From NCBI GenBank assembly GCA_938082955.1, contig CALKDE010000267.1, positions 1 through 28,286 on the forward strand: 28,286 bases of DNA, in the 5' to 3' direction. Shown here one piece after another: positions 23,287 to 28,286 of the stretch (its first letter is position 1; each line of letters starts with the position of its first letter). The translations under genes were made by a program, and so were the position numbers. The notes under the pieces were generated by a model. That model saw only the letters and a program-made list of their open reading frames with translations. It searched no databases and was not told the DNA's origin. This DNA comes from an uncultured Pseudomonadales bacterium (GTDB lineage Bacteria; Pseudomonadota; Gammaproteobacteria; Pseudomonadales; Pseudohongiellaceae).

Positions 23287-25218
23287 TTAGTCAAAACTTC
23301 CTATCAATTCTCTCAAAGCCGCCAGTTTTGTTTCATTCGTAACGCCCTTTATCTTGTCGTAGGCATAATCAGCAGCCCTAGTAAGCAGCCCTGCCTGAGT
23401 AGGAGTTGGTATGCTTTGGCTTATCTGACCAGCAAAGCTAGTCTCTGCAACCGGACCAAAATTCTTAGCCTTATCTAGTTCGTTAGCAAAGGTAACAAGA
23501 TAATTAACATTGCTGTCAAACTCACCGCCGTATTTTTCAGCAACCGATGTAAGCTCTGCAAGCCCATCTGCGAAATTCCCGCGAGAGACAGTGTTGCTCA
23601 TTAACTTTCTAGCTGCCTGCCCTGCCATGCTTGCAGCAGATGGAGCTGTAAAGTCGATCTTTCTTCCAGCCGAATCCGTGAAGAGGCTCATGGCATTTAT
23701 CGTGTCGGAATATTTAGCGTTTGCAGCAGCGTAGCTTTCATATTTCCCAGCAAGCAGGTCATTAAGATCGGCTCGGAGACCTTTCATTACATACTCAGCT
23801 TCACCCAGCGCCCCACCCTTAGACGTTCCAAACTTCACCATCCCATCAATGTACTTCTTTAATCTGTGAACATCAAAAGCATCAGGTGCTCTAGTATCTC
23901 GCGCCCGATTGATCACATCAATCAGAACCTTTTGAGCCGCCCTGACCTCTTTGTTTGTTCCCTCTAGCATCGATCCATCAAAGTCTATTTCCCAATTTCG
24001 ATTGATTTTAATACCAAGGTCTTTAAGACCAGTAAGGAAGTTAGTCATCGGCCCATCAACATTAATAAGCTCTCCGCGAGGTAACGCACCAATCGCAGCA
24101 TCTAGTTCTTTTCCAGCCTCACGATTCTTCTCAACAACATAGTTAAGGCGATCCAGAACAGCCTCTCCAGCAACATCACCTGGACGAATATTAGCAGCCT
24201 CCGCAGGGTTGAATAAACTCTTCTCCCTAGCATCAACCATACGATTGAATCTGGCCCTGTCAGCAGGGCTGGCCTCCCTGACCATTGTAACTACACCAGG
24301 GTCGAATCCCTGACCTACTGCGGCCTTTTGAATAGGGTCTCTCTCAATCCTGCGATACGTGCCACCGTTAGTAATATATTCAGGAGCGCCACCCTCTGCT
24401 CCAGATCCTTCCGGCGCAGGTAGTCTGGGCTGATCTAATGCTGGAGATTCTGTCACATCAGGCAGCGGTTCTATTCGATAGCCAGCAGTCCTGCCGTCAC
24501 TCGATCCTGTCTCCATCATCCCTCTTCGCTCACGGCGAGCAGGAGAAACAATATCGAGCGCCTGCGACACTGGCCTTGGAGTCTGTACCCTTCCCGGCAA
24601 CTTAGCTCCAAAAGTAGCAGCTACAGCCTCTGGTACTGCCGTAGCTATTCCCGCAGCCGCAGGGCTTCCTGTCTGGTCATATACTCGATCACCAAGAGTC
24701 TGTCCTAGCCCATCATCCATAATGGCATCAATGGCCGCATTGCCTGCCTCTGGACCCTGAGTGACAGCATTAATAACGCCTTCAGCAATCGCAAAGGGAA
24801 GGCGGGTAACATCAATGCCAAACTCCACAAGATCGCCAAGCCTTTGCATGTTTTTCTGACCGGAGGGTGTCTTTGGTGTGAATAGCGGAGCCTGAATCTC
24901 TTCGACCCTCTCAGCACCTGTCATCCCGCCAGGATATGCTTGAGAAGCTAGACCAGCAATCCCAGAAGCTGGGAATCGAATCAGACTTTCACCAACAGCT
25001 ATGGCAGGCTCGATAATGCCAGAGCCAAAATAATCTTCAGGCTGTTCTGGTGCTGTCTGTTCAGGAAGTTGTCCAGATTGAGACATAAGCTGGTTATATC
25101 TAGCCCGATCCATATCAGCCGCACCCTCAGAGTCAACCGGAGTGCCGCCCACACGAGCCATGGCATCGTTATACCTTTGGCGAGCCCGTTCCTTCTCTGC
25201 TGGGGTTTGTTCAGCCAT
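23287..25218 (-). CDS. DNA ejection (internal virion) protein, P22 gp16-like by position and size
   Basis: 643 aa, helical and Ala-rich, third gene of the ejection trio, before the tailspike. Confidence 0.65.
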   Translation of the reverse strand: MAEQTPAEKERARQRYNDAMARVGGTPVDSEGAADMDRARYNQLMSQSGQLPEQTAPEQPEDYFGSGIIEPAIAVGESLIRFPASGIAGLASQAYPGGMTGAERVEEIQAPLFTPKTPSGQKNMQRLGDLVEFGIDVTRLPFAIAEGVINAVTQGPEAGNAAIDAIMDDGLGQTLGDRVYDQTGSPAAAGIATAVPEAVAATFGAKLPGRVQTPRPVSQALDIVSPARRERRGMMETGSSDGRTAGYRIEPLPDVTESPALDQPRLPAPEGSGAEGGAPEYITNGGTYRRIERDPIQKAAVGQGFDPGVVTMVREASPADRARFNRMVDAREKSLFNPAEAANIRPGDVAGEAVLDRLNYVVEKNREAGKELDAAIGALPRGELINVDGPMTNFLTGLKDLGIKINRNWEIDFDGSMLEGTNKEVRAAQKVLIDVINRARDTRAPDAFDVHRLKKYIDGMVKFGTSKGGALGEAEYVMKGLRADLNDLLAGKYESYAAANAKYSDTINAMSLFTDSAGRKIDFTAPSAASMAGQAARKLMSNTVSRGNFADGLAELTSVAEKYGGEFDSNVNYLVTFANELDKAKNFGPVAETSFAGQISQSIPTPTQAGLLTRAADYAYDKIKGVTNETKLAALRELIGSFD

Positions 25219-26447
25219 TAGTAACGTATCCCGTTCGCCTCTTCGTAATCGAGAACCTCTTCTATTTCTTCAGGAGTTAACTCCCCGCCCCCAAACCTGG
25301 TGTCAATCTGCCTCTGCCTATAGATACCCTTCTGATTTTCTAGCCACTCTGACTCTTTGCCGCCCCTCTCGGAGAAGTAAATATAAGACTCTAGCTGAGA
25401 CGCTATCTTGTTCTGAGCGGCCTGCCTATCGATAACCCATTGCCTCAACTCCAGTTGATCTAGGTCGGTAGGCAAAGCGGTTTCCTTTGCCAGCCTCAAC
25501 TCGCCCTCACTTAGCGCTCCGAAAGTAACAGAGCTAACAACACCCAGACCCAATCTATTACCTGCATTCCTGAGAACCTGCGTGGCTGAGTTCCACGTTG
25601 GAAATCTTGAGGCAATCAATCCGGTGTTCGCACCATTATCAATAGCGGCAACAACCTCATCAAGAATTGAATTGTTTGTTCTGATCTGACCAACCTGCTC
25701 AAAAGCACCAGATATTCTTGAGGCTCGCGCCGCTGCAGATGACTCGGTCTGGGCTATATCACCCCTCTGCTCAACCTCTGCAATCAATTCTCTAGAGATA
25801 GCTTCTGCCCTCTCTACAGGATCTGAAATCTCAACACCATCTGGTGCAACGAAGGCAGTATCACCATTACCGAAGGTTATTAATTGAGCGCCACGAACAC
25901 CTATTTCATCAGCAGACTTAAATTCTCTATTTACCTGTGGGTCAGCCACACTAGCCTCGAAAAGTTCAGACCCTTCTGGGTCCATTCCCGCGTAGGCCAT
26001 ACGAGACTCAAGAATTTTTTGCTCTGGGTTCATGACGTACTCTTGCATAGATCGCTCAGTATCAGACGAATCTCGGCCCCGATCTCTGAGACCCTGAATC
26101 CGGTCCTGATAAAGCTGTACTACTTCTTCAGGAGGTGATGAGAGCATCTGTCGAGTAAAGTCGATGTTAGTCTGAGCATCAATCCCTGTCTGTGCCTCGG
26201 CAGCATCCATGACCTGCGTCATGTACTCAGGATAATTAACAGCCACCTCGCGCATCTTCGCGGGGTCACCGCTTCGCATAGCCTGAATAGCAAACTCTTT
26301 GCCCATATTAAGCTGCTGTATCTGCTGCTCCTGAAGCTCACGAGCCCGCCTCTTTTCTCCTACCTGATTCAAGATAGAGCCAAGCCCAGACAAACCTTGA
26401 GAAATGTTACCCGCTGGCTCTATATAAAATTGATTAGGCACTGGCAC
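25218..26447 (-). CDS. DNA ejection protein, P22 gp20-like by position
   Basis: QGLSGLG N-terminus, Gln-rich coiled coil; between the gp7- and gp16-like genes. Confidence 0.65.
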   Translation of the reverse strand: MPVPNQFYIEPAGNISQGLSGLGSILNQVGEKRRARELQEQQIQQLNMGKEFAIQAMRSGDPAKMREVAVNYPEYMTQVMDAAEAQTGIDAQTNIDFTRQMLSSPPEEVVQLYQDRIQGLRDRGRDSSDTERSMQEYVMNPEQKILESRMAYAGMDPEGSELFEASVADPQVNREFKSADEIGVRGAQLITFGNGDTAFVAPDGVEISDPVERAEAISRELIAEVEQRGDIAQTESSAAARASRISGAFEQVGQIRTNNSILDEVVAAIDNGANTGLIASRFPTWNSATQVLRNAGNRLGLGVVSSVTFGALSEGELRLAKETALPTDLDQLELRQWVIDRQAAQNKIASQLESYIYFSERGGKESEWLENQKGIYRQRQIDTRFGGGELTPEEIEEVLDYEEANGIRY

Positions 26448-27342
26448 TCTCCCCGAATCCTAGTTTTTCATAGTTTACTGCGATGAAGCCATTAATCACA
26501 GTGACAGCTTCTGGAAAGACCTCATACACCTGATGGGCCAGAACTCCCTCGTTAGATCCGGTAAGCCCAATCTGTTCGGCCAGGTCGTTCCATTTCCAAG
26601 TGTACCAAGGAAGACCGTTCCGCATTTCCTGATACTGGATGTCAGTCTTGAGACGAATATCTGAACTCTTGATGGCGTCATAGCCCTGCACACCAAGCCC
26701 AGCGATTCCCATTACGTTATTAATTGCGTTCTGTGTGCCTTGCTGCCTAGCCTGACCTGCAGCTATCGCGCCCTGGCCTCTTGTCTGACCAATAGACGCA
26801 GTTAGTCCTGCTATAGCGTTCTGGTTTCCATCAAGTCTTGCAAGACCCTGTACGCCACCTAGCTGTATTGCTCGCTCGTAGTCCTGACGATTTACTTGTT
26901 CATCGTAGGCAGTAAGTAGGGCGTCTTGCTCAAGCTGCTGAGAGTATTTGTAAATATCGTGCTGATTGCCGCCGGAGCGAAGACCGCCAGTAGCAGATGC
27001 ATTACGCATCAGAGCCTCTTCGCCCTTCTCCTGTGTTCCCATAATGGAAGCATACAAAGGAGATTGCCTCGCCTGATCGATCAGTTCCTGCTGACCAAGC
27101 TGCTGCCCAGGTATCTGATAGTAGTCACCCAGGCCAGTCAGCGCCCTGTCGCGCAATTCTAATGGGAGCCGACCTGTCTCTATTTGGTAATCAAGAGCCG
27201 CCTGCTGTGCATCCGCACTAATCTCGGCGCCTTCAATAGAGGCCTCTGCCGCCGTGTCTCCAGCTTTTTTACCTAGATATGCCGACCCTACACCTGCCGC
27301 GGCTCCAGCTAACAACCATCCCGCGCTTATTCCTGCTGACAT
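26434..27342 (-). CDS. gp7-like ejection protein with a C-terminal peptidase S74 / intramolecular chaperone domain
   Basis: A.ATGGLRSG segment as in P22 gp7; SDIRLKTDI...G..WY...W...GVLAHQV...FPEAV...GF..VNY. Confidence 0.8.
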   Translation of the reverse strand: MSAGISAGWLLAGAAAGVGSAYLGKKAGDTAAEASIEGAEISADAQQAALDYQIETGRLPLELRDRALTGLGDYYQIPGQQLGQQELIDQARQSPLYASIMGTQEKGEEALMRNASATGGLRSGGNQHDIYKYSQQLEQDALLTAYDEQVNRQDYERAIQLGGVQGLARLDGNQNAIAGLTASIGQTRGQGAIAAGQARQQGTQNAINNVMGIAGLGVQGYDAIKSSDIRLKTDIQYQEMRNGLPWYTWKWNDLAEQIGLTGSNEGVLAHQVYEVFPEAVTVINGFIAVNYEKLGFGESASA

Positions 27343-28148
27343 AGGTCACCCCTTGATTCTCTGAACCGCAACACATCGCGGTAATTTAATGTTAATTCTG
27401 ATCCAATGGATATGCCCTTTAAGGCTTCTACATGCAACACTCCATCTATCATGATCATGTGAGTATTCGGGAATAGAGCATGGTTCGTGTATCTACCAAG
27501 AATCGTTCTGTTCTCACCCTGTCTTGCGGGGCCAACTAGATCGCCCTCGAAAAACTCCCGCTTGCTGAAAACTCCCCTGCCCTCGACCAACGATTCAGAC
27601 AGATACAGATGATCATGACCTTCAGGCATCTCGACCAGGTCATCAATTTGGACAATCTTGTCTAGCTCTTCCTGCGACATTTTCATGTCTTTCAAAAACT
27701 GCTGAAAATCCTGAAGGTCAATGCCGCGATGGTAGGCCAGAAAATCTGCGTAGTTTTTGGCTGTGCAGAATCCTATCATTTCATCTATCGGGATATCGGG
27801 AACACGGTTTACTGTAGCCCATACCGTATCCTCTCTGGCATACCCAGCCTGCCTCTTGCCTGCCTTGGCCTCGATAACATTATGCCCTTTGTAGTTCTTC
27901 ACCGATCCGTCAGCGCTTAGAATATCTATATCGCCTCTAATCATAATCTCTATGTGGTCAAACTTGTAGATGGCGCCAGTAATAATCCCGTTCTTAGGGA
28001 TTGTCATCTCTCGATAATACATGTTCCCAGAGACCGACTCTGTCACTTTCGTTATCTCGTCAGGGAGTTGTTCCCCCTGCAGAATACGCCGCTCCAGCTC
28101 ATTGAAGCGAGCCCTGTGAAGGACAACATTTGACATGGCCTGACCCAT
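27327..28148 (-). CDS. Cupin-like domain fused to a SET domain
   Basis: YYREMTIP.NG.ITG.I...H...GKRQAGYAREDTVW (cupin); SLVEGRGVFS, GRYTNH...PN, GSELTLNY (SET); start coupled by TAATG. Confidence 0.82.
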   Translation of the reverse strand: MGQAMSNVVLHRARFNELERRILQGEQLPDEITKVTESVSGNMYYREMTIPKNGIITGAIYKFDHIEIMIRGDIDILSADGSVKNYKGHNVIEAKAGKRQAGYAREDTVWATVNRVPDIPIDEMIGFCTAKNYADFLAYHRGIDLQDFQQFLKDMKMSQEELDKIVQIDDLVEMPEGHDHLYLSESLVEGRGVFSKREFFEGDLVGPARQGENRTILGRYTNHALFPNTHMIMIDGVLHVEALKGISIGSELTLNYRDVLRFRESRGDLCQQE

Positions 28149-28286
28149 TAACTATCGCCTGTGTACAACGTATAGGACAACTTCGATATAACATCACCAA
28201 GAATCACCGCAGGCGTAGTAACCAGGGCAATGATTTGTTGAGATGCCTGAAAGCCCTGGCCGACTATCGATATAACGTCCTGCTCA
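28148..28286 (-). CDS. C-terminal fragment of an upstream tail-region gene
   Basis: 45 open codons (EQDVISIVG...LYTGDS) ending in a TAA that overlaps the next ATG. Confidence 0.55.
   Translation of the reverse strand, partial: EQDVISIVGQGFQASQQIIALVTTPAVILGDVISKLSYTLYTGDS

Larger units (their letters stand above)
1..28286. mobile_element. Segment of a P22-like podophage genome with a lambdoid replication/early region (prophage versus free phage not determinable here)
   Basis: terS-terL-portal, ejection proteins, tailspike head-binding domain, cro, initiator, ninB, lysis genes; no host housekeeping genes and no integrase in the window. Confidence 0.95.

Noticed and set aside
23246-23293. Internal promoter or terminator before the tail adaptor gene
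   Set aside because: TTGACT to GATAAT spacing is 20 nt, and the ACTAAT/ATTAGT stem is weak with a short U-tract
354-27920. The many 60-140-aa ORFs antisense or out of frame to long genes (for example 4978-5379, 10300-10716, 15584-15898, 17817-18212)
   Set aside because: No SD or motif, and they shadow well-supported genes; only 10002-10907 has independent support
28183-28276. 10-bp repeat TCGATATAAC; possible terminal repeat or circular overlap of the window ends
   Set aside because: Reflects a repeated DVIS peptide; the window ends share no overlap
1-28286. Genome-wide TAG recoding (genetic code 15)
   Set aside because: All large conserved genes are intact in the standard code and TAG acts as a normal stop for terL and the 878-aa gene

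Overview
The whole window is part of a tailed dsDNA phage genome with P22-like (podovirus) morphogenesis genes and a lambdoid-style early region. All protein identities below come from motif recognition by eye; no database search was run. Minus strand, right to left: end of a tail gene, a cupin-SET fusion, three ejection proteins (gp7-, gp20-, gp16-like), a short tail protein with a P22 tailspike head-binding domain, an RCC1 propeller and a glycosyltransferase. Then cro, a YdaU-type initiator with internal origin repeats, a P-like loader, a PAPS-reductase-like gene, ninB, a lysis cassette and a VRR-NUC-like nuclease. Then terS, terL, a WD40-like propeller, portal and an 878-aa multidomain protein. 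Two plus-strand early blocks interrupt this: a recombination block (Rad52/Sak, DnaQ-like exonuclease, SSB) and an accessory cassette (small acidic ORFs, a C5 methyltransferase split over two nested reading frames). No integrase, cI, tRNA or CRISPR array is visible. Best leads: (1) the protein after portal combining an ADP-ribosyltransferase-like domain with an HhH glycosylase-like domain; (2) a PLA2-like DUF1353 gene in frame behind the endolysin amber stop with no normal start codon; (3) the dual-coded methyltransferase with four TRD-like repeats; (4) a pseudoknot-capable leader before the SSB gene; (5) the cupin-SET fusion at the gp14 position.
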